Made by a program: the position numbers and the translations under genes. The notes beneath the pieces are model-generated. The model was not told where the DNA came from. It saw only the letters and a list, made by a program, of their open reading frames with translations, and made no database searches. A stretch of 63,311 bases of DNA, the filler included, from Lenisia limosa (taxonomy: Eukaryota > Protista > Breviatea): assembly GCA_001655205.1 (NCBI GenBank). It is 8 parts of 8 records of this genome, joined end to end, with 100 filler letters (N's around TTAATTAATTAA, not from the genome) between each part and the next. Parts side by side here need not be neighbours in the genome. Positions count along the whole stretch, not along the records: positions 16,099 to 32,974 come from LPNZ01005944.1; positions 33,075 to 36,095 come from LPNZ01007436.1; positions 36,196 to 37,596 come from LPNZ01008820.1; positions 37,697 to 55,948 come from LPNZ01011000.1; 4 more parts are not named here. One strand, 5' to 3'. Below, in pieces: positions 25,876 through 38,927 of this stretch; position 1 is the first letter of the stretch; every line of letters begins with the position of its first letter.

Positions 25876-28800
25876 TTAATTGATAATTGCAGAGTCGCTC
25901 ATGCCAGGAGGACCATCAGCTACAACTCCTCCACGGACCTAAAACATGATGGAATGGCCAACACCATGTGGGAAAAAATAAAAAGTTAACAGGTTTATTT
26001 TATCAATAGGTAAGTGAAAACCTCCAACCTTAGAAGCCTCATGTTGAGCAAGCTCGTGAGGAACACGTGCACCAGCAGCAATAAGGGTCTAAGAGTTCAT
26101 GAATTGAGCTATCAGAAATATTGACTCCCCAGGTGAGAAAATCATGATAAACGAATTCAATAATAATAAAAAAACACCCTGCGGAAGGTTTGCCTCCCAA
26201 ACCTGCTTGAAGTCATACATGACTTCAGTATCATCAGGAGTACAGAAGGATATAGCACGACCTGTCTTTCCTGCACGTCCGGTTCGACCAATTCGATGGG
26301 TGTATGCTACAAGGTCAGTAACAACTCTGCAGGGAGTCATATATTTAGTTATTCAGCAGCCCAGTTACGTTCAATGTGAGCAGGAAGATCGTAACAGATA
26401 ACCAATTCCACATCAGGAACATCAATACCACGACCAGCAACATCAGTAGCAACCTAGAGTGTCAGCGCAATGTAAAGGGTCGCTGGTGATGATCAAAAAT
26501 CTTAAAAGCGCTTTTAATCTGCTGCTGTGGCCATGGATGCATTCCACTAACCAAGATTTTAATTTCATCATCTCTGAACGCTTTAAGGGAAGCTTCACGC
26601 TCGTCCTGGCTTTTACTTCCATGGATGACATCTGTGTAGAATCCTTCACGTTCAATGTTCTGAAAAAAAAATAAGAAAAAAAGAAAGGCATGGTCTTACC
26701 CGCATAACAACATCAGCTTGCTTCTTGAGATTAACAAACACCATGATTCTGCGGTCCTTTCCTTCAGCACGGAGAGTGCGAATAAGGAGATCTCTTGAAT
26801 ATATCAATAGAACAAATCCAATAACAAACCTCTTTCCACTTTCAGGTGTCCACAAGCATGTTTGTGTGACAGTATGTGATGTTTCACCTTCAGGCTTGCC
26901 CACCTAGAGATTTAGAACAAAAAAGACAATATAATTTTAAAAAAGAGCAGTGAAACACCTTGATCATAATGGGGTTTCGCAAATAGGTTTTGGCAATACG
27001 TTCCACGGCAGGCTATAAAATAAAAAGCATCGAAAAATGATCAAATTACTGGCATAGTGGCACTAAACATAGCAGTGTTTCTGTAGAGCTTTCCATCTAG
27101 TAATCTTGTCTCAGGGTCAGCTGGTTTCTCGTTTCCAACAGGCAAATTGGAGAGAATTTCCTTAACTGCTGGCTCATAACCATCATCAATCATTCTATCA
27201 GCCTACAATGTTATCAAAAAAAAGCCATTGAATGAAAACAAACCTCATCAAGGACGACATAAGTACACTGATTCAAGACAACATAACTTCTGAAAAGATG
27301 AGCAAGCAAGGTATTAACTACAATTGATACCATATTATATTCCAAACCCGATGTTACCTCTCCAAACAATCAATAAGACGACCAGGGGTAGCAATAATGA
27401 TTTCAACTCCCTAAAAAGATGAAGTGGGAATCTTTTCACAGTTGAAATGAAAATGTCCAGTTACCTGAGTAAACTTGAAACCTTGTGCCTGAATGTCTTT
27501 CTAGAATGTGTCAGAGAACTGCTTTCCTTGTTTTAGTACAGATATAATATCATACAGTATGTTAAACAATGAACGTGAGAAAACAAATAAGTTGAGTTAG
27601 GACACTGAAATAATTTTAAACAACTCCGCATACACCACCATAAATAGATAACGTGCGGAAGCCAAACTCTCCGCAGAATTTAATACACTCTGCTTCAATT
27701 TGTTGGATAAGTTCACGAGTGGGGGCAAGGATGATGGCATAAGGTCCTTAAATGGATCAGTTTCACAGAAATATTACCTTCACTTGCTGTTTCAGGGGTG
27801 ATAGGTTTGAGTTGGGAGATAAACGACAGCATAGGGAGAAGGAAGGCAGCGGTTTTTCCAGAACCGGTATTGGCAACGCCGATGAGATCGCGCATTTGAA
27901 GACCAATAGGAACAGCGGCCATTTGAATAGGGAATGGCTTTTTGTATCCAATCCGCTCAATGGCTAAATAATAAATATTATCAAATACATGACTATGCCA
28001 GTCTAGTTTGAACTCATCTCAAACCTGAGAGGAGCTTAGGATGGAGGTTAGACTCATTCCAACTACGCATTGGGTTGATACTTTCAGAAGTGTTGGAACT
28101 GACGTGAATGTTGAAGTCCTCCTTGAAGATTCTCCTAAAACGAATAAGTTTTAATTGTATCACTCTAAGGATGCGATTGATTAATTTTTTTTTTTTAGTT
28201 AAAAATAGGTAAAAATTTTAAGTGAGCGACTTTAGCAGGTAGATAAAATCTCATTAAAGTTGTACCAGTAAAACGGTTTATATATTTTCATATCTCCTTA
28301 ATCATCATGAATACCAAGGAAAATATCGCCGCCAACACCGCCACATAAATTTTATCAATCGCGCTCTTAAACAGTTAATAAAATATTAAATTAAATTGCA
28401 ACCTATTTTTTCCGAAAATTAAAATCAATCGCCCTATCAAAGACCTCATTAGTGCTCACCAATCTCTGACAGTCATGTCCTCAAGATCCTTCTCAGTCCA
28501 ATGTAGATCGGCCTTATTCACCTTAGTTGACTTTTCGACCTTCAGACCACCACGACGTTCGGTAAGCTAAAAAAAATAATCCCTCATATTAAACCTCTTC
28601 ACATACTTCTCTGTAGAATTCAGACATTTGGACCTTGGCATCAATTCCTAAAGAATCAAAATAATTGTGAGAGATTGGTAACCACTCCCACAAACCAGCA
28701 CGCTTTCCTCTTCCAAACATAAGGCTTGGCTCAAGCCTCTTGTTATATAAGGGGTTACTATCTTCATAGGTGTCATCTTCATCCTTCCAATCAGCAACAA

Positions 28801-29980
28801 ATCGAATCTGGGTTCATTAACGTAAACCTTTGAAGCAACGCTCACTCTCTCAGCTGCTTTATACTTGCGCTTGACTCTCTTTGTTCCTCCAAGAATTGAA
28901 GCCTACAAATATGGGAAAAAAAAAAAAAAAAANNNNNNNNNNNNNNNNNNNNNNNNNNNNNNNNNNNNNNNNNNNNNNNNNNNNNNNNNNNNGTGAATAT
29001 AAAAAACAACAAAGGGATACCACATTACAATTTACCAACATTCTGGCTACAACTTCACACTCAGCTTTTCCATGTGCCTCCCCAAACAACATAATTAGAT
29101 TTATGACTAGAAATGGGAAATAAAACAAGGTAGCATTTGGCCGAAGCAATATATTGGAAATAATTACGGCCAACAAAATCAGCATATCAAATAAAATTAC
29201 CTCTTTTCCTTTTTCTTTCTTTTCACGACGGTCATAGCGGTCTCTTTCAGAATCACGATTGCGCCAAGTTTGCTAAATTATCAAAAAAAAAAAAAANNNN
29301 NNNNNNNNNNNNNNNNNNNNNNNNNNNNNNNNNNNNNNNNNNNNNNNNNNNNNNNNNNNNTCTGAAATTTCTTTTCAGCTTCCCGTTTTTCTTTCTTCTT
29401 TGCCTCCTCTTCCTTTTTCTCATTTAATTCTTTTTCAACATCTCTCTTCTTCTTTGGAACAAACACAACCTAAAGTGAGACAACAAAAAGGACATACCTT
29501 GGGTAGACCTGATGCACTTGTAGTGAGGGATTTGTCTTTTCCTGCAGCAAACAAAGAACCCTATAGAAAAGAAAACAAAAGTTAAGCAGATTGCAGAAAG
29601 GGAAGACTTACGAATACAGATTGCTTCTCCTTGATTTTCTTTTCCCTCTCCTCCTTCTGCTTACGCTCTTCCTCTTCCTTTCTTCTTTTTTCTTCACGTT
29701 CTTTGTCCTTCTTGCGCTCTTCCCTTCTTCGTTCTTCATCTCTTTCCCTCCTACTGTCACGCTCTCTTCGTCGCTCGTCATCACCTCTTCTTTTATCATC
29801 ATCTCGTCTTTTTTCATCCCTTTCTCCGGGCCTCTTTTCTTCCCTTCTCTTCTCATCTTCTCTTTTGTCACTCTTCCTCTCTTCGCGCACCTTGTCGTCT
29901 CTTACCCGCTTTTTGTCATCCTTCTCATAGCGATCCTCCCTATCCCGATAGTCTCTCTCACGTCTACGTGACTCACTCAT
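25876..29980 (-). CDS. PRP28: U5 snRNP DEAD-box helicase Prp28/DDX23
   Basis: R/E/D-rich N-terminus; Prp28-specific [15 protein letters not shown]|RIFKEDFNI...PMRSW; helicase motifs [14 protein letters not shown]|[31 protein letters not shown]; stop TAA at 25876. Confidence 0.95.
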
Positions 29981-30180
29981 TGTCAAAATTTTATATACCA
30001 AAGTCTGATCAAAATGAGTCGCCCAAAGTCTTTCCCTCTTTCCCTGTATTATTTTTCGTTCCCCCCCCCTTGTTGTACCAGTATTTATACACCCTTTTTA
30101 CGCGAAGCGATNNNNNNNNNNNNNNNNNNNNNNNNNNNNNNNNNNNNNNNNNNNNNNNNNNNNNNNNNNNNNNNNNTTCG

Positions 30181-32325
30181 ATGAAGAGTGTTTCGGATAT
30201 TGCCAATGATGCTAGCCTTGGAACAACCTTCTCTAACATCTACTCTGTTCAGATCAAACCTTCCAAGTAAGTTGGAGATTTACCCTCTAATGTTTTAGGC
30301 TTTTCGTTCCGATCGGATTAGAAAACAGACTCTTTGGGCCTCACGATGCTTCAAAAGAAGTGGAGGTATAATTTAATCTGTTCTTCATGTGTTATATAAT
30401 TCTCTTGGATTCATTTTGTTACCATTTAGCACTGTGGTCAATTAACAATAGAAAAGGACCAAGAAATTATTACTCTTCGCAACAAGGTTTGTCCTCTAAT
30501 AACCTTCACTCTTTATTCTCAGGTAACCCTTGAACAAACACTTTTTAACCCATCCCGTTCAAAGCGTCCGGGTTTGAAAGAGTGAGTATTGTACCTTTTT
30601 TATCGTGTAATGTCTGTAGTTCGAAGGATATGACTGCACTACAACAGCTTTGTTCTCGCGGGGACTCGTGTGATTTTTGTAATATCGAAAAGTTTGGAAA
30701 TTATATATTAACAATCAAGTTGCACTGCTATCTGTCCATGGGGACGCGTTAGGGAGGGGTCTGCATGCTCTTGCTCAAACATTGGAAAATATGATTCCGC
30801 ACATGGTCTTATTTTGAGTGATGATCATAATCCACTTTCAATGACCAAACAAAGCCTTCAAGATATGTTCAAGTTTGTTAACATATCGTTTATTAATGTT
30901 AAGATGTGCTGAAAAGTGGTTTGTTGAAGCTGCTAATTACTACCCGAATTCAAAATATCCCCACATCATGTGGGATGCACTTCCACGAGCGTATGAAGGA
31001 TACTTATGTTTCATTTTCTTTTGTAATTTGAAATTTAGGGCTTCTCAATCACCCAAAAATTGGGTTATTGAGAGTTTTTGTTGAAAGAAGTAGTAGTATC
31101 CCTACTTATATTTCAGCTCAGCTTCGCAAATGCATCGCCATATGCAAGTCTCAACATCAGAATGTGAGTTTTGTGGATATGTAATGATCATATGACCGAC
31201 TTTTGAGTCGAAATGATGAAAAAAAGATAGCATAAGGGTTCATTTCAAGTGTATCAGAGTTTCTTTGAGACTTGTTGTTCAATTACTATACGAGTGGTGG
31301 AAAAATGTTATACCATATTAACTAGGGACGCCAGTCCCGAGGGAATATGGGGGGAGGGTGGGAAGAGTTTGATTGTGTTAAGGGTGTTCAGAGAGATGAA
31401 TGAGGGCTTGAGCTGAGTTCATCCCGAGGATCACCTGCAATACAATCAAACGAGCCCACTCCTGGCAATTCCCGAGGGTGTCCTGAGGGAATATGGGGAA
31501 TTTTGGTTTGTCGGTTTTCCCCAGGGATTTATGAAATATAGAGAATGAATTGATCCTTTGAAGAATATTTTCCAATTTTTCAAATGAAATAATAAATTTT
31601 AACTGGTGATGCACTGATTCAAAAAAGAAGAAAAAAAAAACAAAAAAAAAACAAGAAAAACAAGAAAAAGTTCACACTTGTGAAAAAAAACCCAAAAATG
31701 ATATGATTGTAGACTACTATGGACAGTTTGCGTTGCAACATGAAGCAATGGAACGCTTTGAGGAAAAGTTTGGCGGTAACTATTGGCAAGACGTTGCTGA
31801 AATACACGTTAAACTTGGTTTGTTGTCACTGTCTTCACCAGGCCTAACCTTATTTCAGGATTGGGTCGTAAGATTGGAAGTGCTTATGTCTTTGTTACCC
31901 TGACTCCTGCTAAAGAGTGTGATGTGACAGTAATTGGCTCGCATTTTGGTTCCGAGGACTTTTCTGCTGCTTGTCATATTGGAATTTCTGGTCTAGTTGA
32001 AAAAGGTGAGGGAAGTGAATGTTGGATTTTACTCTTGTTTAGTTGGAATTGAGAGTTTTTCTCTCGCTGCTTTCGGACCTCAAGTTGGTTCCAAAAAACG
32101 GTATGCTTCGAGTTATCCTTGGGGAGCAGAATGCTTTTTTCACTATTGAAAAATAGTACTAACCTCTCCGCTATGCCAAGGTGATTTTGGTCACTTTTTT
32201 CAAGGGTCAGCTCAAACTCAAAACCACAACATTCTCGAAAAGAAAGCATGCTTCGGATATCCGAGACAACTTTCCCATTTGAAACCCTACTTTACAGTGA
32301 AACAATAAGCGTTTTGGCGGCATAG
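30181..32325 (+). CDS. Hypothetical protein, multi-exon, divergent from PRP28
   Basis: Chain of phase-compatible exons (MKSVSDIANDASLG...|LFVPIGLENRLFGPHDASKEVE|HCGQLTIEKDQ...; DYYGQFALQHEAMERFEEKFGG...|GLGRKIGSAYVFV...|VGIESFSLAAFGPQ). No family recognised. Confidence 0.65.
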
Positions 32326-33299
32326 CGCTTACCTTGAACAGAATTCCTGACATTAGATATTGGATTGTTGAACATTATCAATTCTCCCAACTATTTGGAT
32401 AATAATTTTCCATTTATTGGACTTATTTCAAGGATTTATCGAGAAATTCGGTCTCGCACCCATTTATCCCCTCCCCCCCCCCACAAGCTGGATTATGCAA
32501 AATGGGTTCGTCCACGCGTTCGTGAATTCCGCGGAGCCTTAACAAGGCAGCTTATGTTTAAGATAGTCCTAATACATTAGAAAACAATAAGAGGGAAAGC
32601 TTGGTGTACTTCGCCAATCCGTGTGCTACTCACGCACGTACGGACAAAACAGCTTTTTTTTTCCGTGGACCTATTTCTCTAAACCTTGCACTTTTTTCAT
32701 GTCTCCTTAACCAAATTTGATCTATTGCTTTCATCACGTTTACTGCCCCGTGGACTGATGTGAGAAATAGGCTAGTGAGCCAGGCAGGCTCCTGACAGTT
32801 TTGTAACCCAGAAACTTTCATCAGACAAAAATACAAGAAGAAAAACACTCCGTGGATTGAACGCACATTCCAAAACCCGTTTGCGTAATCCACTCACCTT
32901 CAGCCATCCCCCCCGCCCACATCATTCTGAATGTTGTGTTACCAATTCCTTATATAGTATATAATATATATACTNNNNNNNNNNNNNNNNNNNNNNNNNN
33001 NNNNNNNNNNNNNNNNNNTTAATTAATTAANNNNNNNNNNNNNNNNNNNNNNNNNNNNNNNNNNNNNNNNNNNNGTCAGAACCGAGTAGAAAGCATAGTC
33101 CAAGTGGACTGGGTTGCAGGTATGCATATGATCATATACATATATATATCATCTATGTACGTAAGATGAAAATGGGAATAGAAATGCGTTGCATTTGCAT
33201 AATGTTTTTAGAAGTGAACTGAATCAGTAATATTAGCCGTCCATCCCTCAAGTATACTATATAATTCCCTGTGCATCAGCGAAATTTTGAAATATTAGA

Positions 33300-36030
33300 A
33301 ATATATTTAGATTGAAATAACTCTTAAATAATAGTAGCCCCTGCGAACTCTGAAGTCGTACACCCTGGCAATTGCATCAGTTGCATTAGCTGAATACACC
33401 AATGACGGCGGCGTAAGCAGATCAAGAGATCCGTATTTCGAGGGATGAACAGTAGTCAAATCAACAGGTTTGTAATCATAGCGCATTAAAAAGGAACCCA
33501 GGGGTCGACCTTGGTTGGAGAACAGGTTCTCTCGAGAGGTTTTAAAAGAATCTGGGGGACCAGGCCTCGCTGCTGGTGCGTTTTTTCCCGCTTCCAACGC
33601 GGTGTTGTCCTCCTGGTAGAGAACAATTCCGGCTTTTTTGAGTACCTAAAAGGCATGAGGAAACCTAGATACTGGAGGCAATAAATGGTGAAAGGAAGCT
33701 GTCTTGTGGAAATCAGCATATATTTTCAAATATGTGTATATCACATATTACTAGATTATATTGTAGTAATATAATAATATATGATGAGAAATAAAACAAC
33801 ATTGACGAAGCCGTTCACACCATCACGGTTATATGAGATATTTGATAATAGTACAATAACTAACCGGGTTAGTATCACGTCCTTTGGCCACGGCAGCAAG
33901 GTACTGTATCGTATGCGGCATAGTGCGGTAGAACTGCGTTCGTGCCATTGCATCGCTTAGAATAAACACGATGTCGATGTCGTCTTCTTTTTTCTGCAGT
34001 ACTATTACTAGGGTTTATCGAAACCTTTCATATATTGAGACTATTAAAGTTTATTTATCAACAAGCCAAAATAAAACCTCCAGCAAATCGCCAAGCTCAC
34101 NNNNNNNNNNNNNNNNNNNNNNNNNNNNNNNNNNNNNNNNNNNNNNNNNNNNNNNNNNNNNNNNNNNNNNNNNNNNNNNNNNNNNNNNNNNNNNNNNNNN
34201 NNNNNNNNNNNNNNNNNNNNNNNNNNNNNNNNTGTCGAGGATTCATCGAGAAATTCACACTTTTTGGAACCGAAGTGACGTCTTACCCCCCCACTGTTTT
34301 TGAGCCATTTGGTATTGCTGATGGGGCGAACGTATGGAAGTTCCATACACCATCCTCTGACCAGAACAGCGGCTTTTGGTACTCCTAAACTGGTGAGCAA
34401 CCGCACATGGTCAAAGGAAAGGGAAGCTCAAGCAAGTTTTACACCTAGGGCTTCCCTATACGGTCCGAAAGACCAGTAAAATACCAATTTTTGTCGAGGA
34501 TGTATCGAGAAATTCAGTCTTTTTTGGGACCGCAGGGAAGTCCTACTTACACCCCCCCCCCCCCNNNNNNNNNNNNNNNNNNNNNNNNNNNNNNNNNNNN
34601 NNNNNNNNNNNNNNNNNNNNNNNNNNNNNNNNNNNNNNNNNNNNNNNNNNNNNNNNCACATACCTTGTATTCTTCAAAAGAGCTTGGGAAGTCGCAATTC
34701 ACAAACGCAAAAGTTGACAAAGCAGGAACGTTGAAATCAAAGCTGCCCAAACCATCCCGTTTTGGAGAAACCTACGTTGATTACGTGGACTACTTTTGCC
34801 TCAACATAATAACTAAAACGCAGGGAAAATACTCAGTAAAATATCGATATTTATCAGTGATAAGAAAACGCACCTTTTGCCCATCCTCCAAAGAAGTGCC
34901 GTGAAGAATCGAAAGTTTGGATGAAGGGGGGCATATTCCAAGAACATGGCGCTCTACGGTTGCCCAGGAAAACCTGGTGTGTGAAAGAGATATCGATAGG
35001 TAGGGCTTCATTTCAGTTCGGAAAGAAACCAGGAAAATATCGATAGTTTTCGACGATTTATCGAGAAATTATGTCTTTTTTGGAATGGAAGTGAAGCCCT
35101 ATTGATATGGAGGGCTTCCCTTGCTTTTAACCTCCATCATTTTCGAGGTTTAGGGCTCAGTGCAATTAATTGAAAAATATTTGCAAATCTGAAGTGGGAC
35201 GTAGTGTAACGGGAACCTTCCAGACACTTTGATTTCTATTTTGTCAATTATATCCGCAAAAAATTAATTGCACGGAGCCCTATTTATTGGTAAATGTAAC
35301 TTTTTTGGAACAGTGGGGTCTTAGTTCTGCATTGAACAGGGATTGCGAAACATTATACAGCACCATTCTTATATTTTTTTAGGGTAATAAAAAAGTGTTT
35401 TCACAGCTGCCTTTACTCTGAAACGTATGTCCACTTCAACACCCGATCAAAACGAAAAACAAGGGCAACCTTGGGTGGTTGGTTCGAATCCACTGCACGT
35501 GCTTGATCTGCATTTTGGTGGTCAGGTATCCCTTGTTCTCGTTGCATCTGGGTGGCAGGTCTTCGGAGAGCGTCAATTGCGCCAAAAGATTTCGCCGATG
35601 CACGTAGTCTGGGTCAGGCTGGTCAAGTTCGCAAACTAAAGAGAAATTAGATTATTTCCTGTCTCAAAACTACTGGTGATCTCCAAATACATCCGGTGCT
35701 TATTACTTGGATAACAAGGAGGTAGTACTCAATGAGAAAATAAAAAGGTGGTCTCAGGCCAAAGCCATCCACACTGTCTAACGGATTTGTGAATTCTTAG
35801 CCGAGTTCAATCAGGAGAAGTTGGTTTTAAATGCAGACTGAGAAACCCAAGAAAGGAAGGTAAAAAACAACCCCTATTTAAACCAACTACCCCCCCCCTA
35901 CCATCAGGACCAGGGAACATATCCCTTGCTTCGTAAGTTCCTCGAAGACAGAACAACTCATTTTTGGACAGTGGAGAGAAGAACATTTGGAACACCGAAT
36001 ACATCATCTGAATCAAAGCGGTGAGTTGAT
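33300..36030 (-). CDS. Hypothetical protein, multi-exon fragment
   Basis: AG/GT-bounded exons FSWATVERHVLG...DGQK|VSPKRDGLGSFDF...EEYK|EYQKPLFWSEDGVWNFH; DAMARTQFYRTMPH; VLKKAGIVLYQED... Confidence 0.55.
34233..34285 (-). mobile_element. MITE family A partial copy next to a gap
   Basis: tgtcgaggattcatcgagaaattcacactttttggaaccgaagtgacgtctta matches the reverse complement of family A. Confidence 0.7.
34446..34545 (-). mobile_element. MITE family A copy with 8-bp TSD
   Basis: TAGGGCTTCC...GGAAGTCCTA termini; flanks tttacacc/cttacacc (7/8). Confidence 0.9.
35001..35101 (-). mobile_element. MITE family A copy with degenerate 8-bp TSD
   Basis: TAGGGCTTCA...TGAAGCCCTA; flanks tcgatagg/ttgatatg (6/8). 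Confidence 0.9.
35151..35282. mobile_element. MITE family B (TAGGG termini, 132 bp)
   Basis: 21-bp TIRs tagggctcagtgcaattaatt / aattaattgcacggagcccta; homologous to 57522-57668. Confidence 0.85.
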
Positions 36031-37273
36031 TAACGGACATTAGAAGAAATATCAAATATATTAACTGTCTATGAGTGATTAAAATCAAAAATGAANNNNN
36101 NNNNNNNNNNNNNNNNNNNNNNNNNNNNNNNNNNNNNNNTTAATTAATTAANNNNNNNNNNNNNNNNNNNNNNNNNNNNNNNNNNNNNNNNNNNNATGGG
36201 TGTGTATAATGGGTGTGTATAATGTGAGGTGATGAGTACAGTATCCTTGGAAATGGACAATGAATTTCTCGATAAATCTTCGAAATCAACGATATTTACA
36301 GGTTATAGCAATCAAACAGAGAACTCGTTTCACTTTTTTATTTTCGTTGAAGCCAGATTTTTACGTATTCAGACCATTGCCCCCCGAGCTGGGCATGCAA
36401 TGTATGAATGTGTCCTGTGTTTGGACGCCCCCGTAAATGTGGGTTGTTGGCTTTGAACTGCGTTCTTTGACCTTGTGATGTGATCCTTTGTTTATTATGA
36501 TATAGAATTGTTTTGTATGTATCATGAGCAAAGATCCACACTCTCTTTATAGTATTAAATCCACATTTGACCAATAAATAGTTTGGTGGTGTAACGGATA
36601 AAATAGTAGTTACAGATAGCAAGTAACACAAAATAATAACCATCACAAATTTTCACCTAGATTATAAACAATAATATGAAAGTGCAGATTATGATAATAC
36701 GTATTTATATATGATATACTAGATATGTATTTTCAGCTCTTGTGGTCTTTGCCACAACTCAATAATTGCTTCAGATGCTATTGCAACCATGCAGGCACTT
36801 GTGCCTATGTGAGGACTGCAGCATCTTGCTCACCAAGGGGGAGTGCCCAAAATGTAGGACCAAGATTACGGAGATGGTTAAAGTCTATTTGTAGGTTTCA
36901 GGTAATGTGTATTGTATGGTACTATGGCATTGTAAGGTCTGTGGTACTATGGTCTCTTCTTCACCCTCTCAACACGGATGAGAATTATTTCTGAGACAGT
37001 GGTTGGCTCAAACGTCTTCGTCCAACTTGTGTTTTCCTGTCATTTTCCACAAGTTCGTACGCGTGATGATGTGGATGTCCTTGGCATACAACCTTGTTTT
37101 ATTTCGCATCTCTATCTTGTCAGCTTATTCCTCGTAATCGGCAAAACGGTTATAATGTCATTCCGCTTCACAGCATTACTTAGCTGAATCCTAACAATCC
37201 ACCCTTCTCAAGAGACGAAAACCCCTACGTTGAGCCATTTTAGCATTTCCCTTCTCATTCAGAACAACTCTCC

Positions 37274-37329
37274 AAGCGACCGGCGGTCTGGCCTGTTTAT
37301 TAAGCGATCGGCGGTCTGGCCTGTTTAAT
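37274..37329. repeat. 28-bp GC-rich tandem duplication
   Basis: aagcgaccggcggtctggcctgtttatt / aagcgatcggcggtctggcctgtttaat. Confidence 0.9.
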
Positions 37330-37484
37330 TTGCTGTTTGTAACCTTTGTGTATTTTCCAAATGCTAGTCAGCAGCCCCCCCCCCAGAGCTAAACGAAAAG
37401 AAGAATAAATAAAACGCAGAGACCTAAGAAAATCAGACTCCATCCCACGCTACGACAGGGCAAACTCGCTTCACCAGCACTAGT

Positions 37485-37586
37485 TCATAAGTACTTCTCA
37501 CACTCGGCCTTTTTATGCAAGGTTTTCGCGTCTTCCAGCTCCATTTCTTCGGACAAGTCCGCTACCACTGCTCGACGCTTCAATAT
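37485..37586 (-). CDS. Probable terminal exon of a gene cut by the contig end
   Basis: ccccacag|ILKRRAVVADLSEEMELEDAKTLHKKAECEKYL*. Confidence 0.4.
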   Translation of the reverse strand: MLKRRAVVADLSEEMELEDAKTLHKKAECEKYL

Positions 37587-38040
37587 CTGTGGGGGANNNN
37601 NNNNNNNNNNNNNNNNNNNNNNNNNNNNNNNNNNNNNNNNTTAATTAATTAANNNNNNNNNNNNNNNNNNNNNNNNNNNNNNNNNNNNNNNNNNNNGTAT
37701 ATCATATATATCATATACTACATGTAGTATATAAATGCTGCCGCACATAAATTGTGACGGTTATGATTAATTGTAAAGGTTTTGATCTATGGGACCTTTT
37801 TTTTCTGTCTATTCATGTAAAACATATCTTCTCGTTTCCCAAATTCGTTCAATTATTGATTGTTAGAGTTGCTGACCCATGAGGAAAGATTCTGTTGTAA
37901 AATAAGAACTTGAATTGATTCCAATCACATGCATTTCATAATTCCTTGCAATTTCAGTTGTTTCAGGGAGGGCAGATACATATTCTGAGGAGAATGGTCA
38001 GTTTCATTGATCATCTTAATCATTTCCTTCATCAGAAGAT

Positions 38041-38927
38041 TTAATCCAAAGCGTAGCGGAATAGCAGGGGATTAAATACTACGGGCCCACGATTTTCAGC
38101 CTTTGAGAGACAGTAATCTCCTCCAATGATAATGGGGGAACCGACAATTTGACCTGTCATAGAAGAAATGGACAGTGCTGACGCTAGGGGTTTATTCCTG
38201 ACACCTTCCCATTTACCAGACATAAATGCAATTTTGTCGAACATTGTTACCTTGTTATTATCAATGACGAAATCAGGAACTGACTCAGATAAACGGTCGA
38301 CAGATTGTTTGATAAGTTTATTTGCCTGAACTGCATTCAAAGGTTTGTTTAAAAGCTGAAAATATGATGATTATTATAGCAAAAAATAGATCTAACCTCT
38401 TTTAAAGCAGTCTCAAAAGATGGCTTCATTCTAAGCTCCCGATTGGCAGTGGTGATGAAAGTAGTATAAAGCGAGTCAATTGAGGTATCAAATGCTGATT
38501 TTGCTGGAAATAGTGAGAGACACTTTTACTTACCAAGCTCAAGCTGATTATCGGCCAAATTTTGGTAGATTTTTAGGATTCTCAAAATAATGGCCTCTTT
38601 TTTTCATTTCAACCAGATAATGACGAACTGCTTCCTTGTTTTTCTTTGTGATGTCCGCTGTTTTCATCTGTTCCACGTGAATTAGTATTGATCGCATCAG
38701 TCTATTTCCAGAATTCTAAGTTCTTGCACAAGAAATACAATTCTCAGGCTGAAAATTGGGTGAATATCAAAAATGAAGCATACCTGGGTAGCCATTTGAC
38801 GGTTTCGGTCTAAATTTGAAGATTCAACAAGGTCCTTCAGCTGTTGTCTCACAATGGTCGCACTTCCTCTTCCATCTTCGTCACTTTCCTTCAATTTTTT
38901 TACCAATAGGGAAACATGAGTTTTCAT
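38041..38927 (-). CDS. Hypothetical protein (4 exons)
   Basis: MKTHVSLLVKK...MATQ|TDAINTN...SLS|AKSAFDTSID...ALKE|...LNAVQANKLIKQSVDRLSE...FRYALD* with consistent intron phases. Confidence 0.55.

Noticed and set aside
29591-29971. Plus-strand ORFs rich in S/L/F (29591, 29631)
   Set aside because: Antisense shadows of the R/E/K/D-rich PRP28 first exon
35478-35500. ggttcgaatcc T-loop-like motif
   Set aside because: No tRNA cloverleaf; lies antisense within a probable exon
36241-36250. GTATCCTT U12-type donor motif
   Set aside because: No supporting exon context or U12 branch site; single chance-level hit
38590-38610. Apparent frameshift at an A7 run in the 38041-38927 gene
   Set aside because: Resolved by placing the run inside an intron (tct g|gttgaa...ttccag|ca aaa), which keeps the frame
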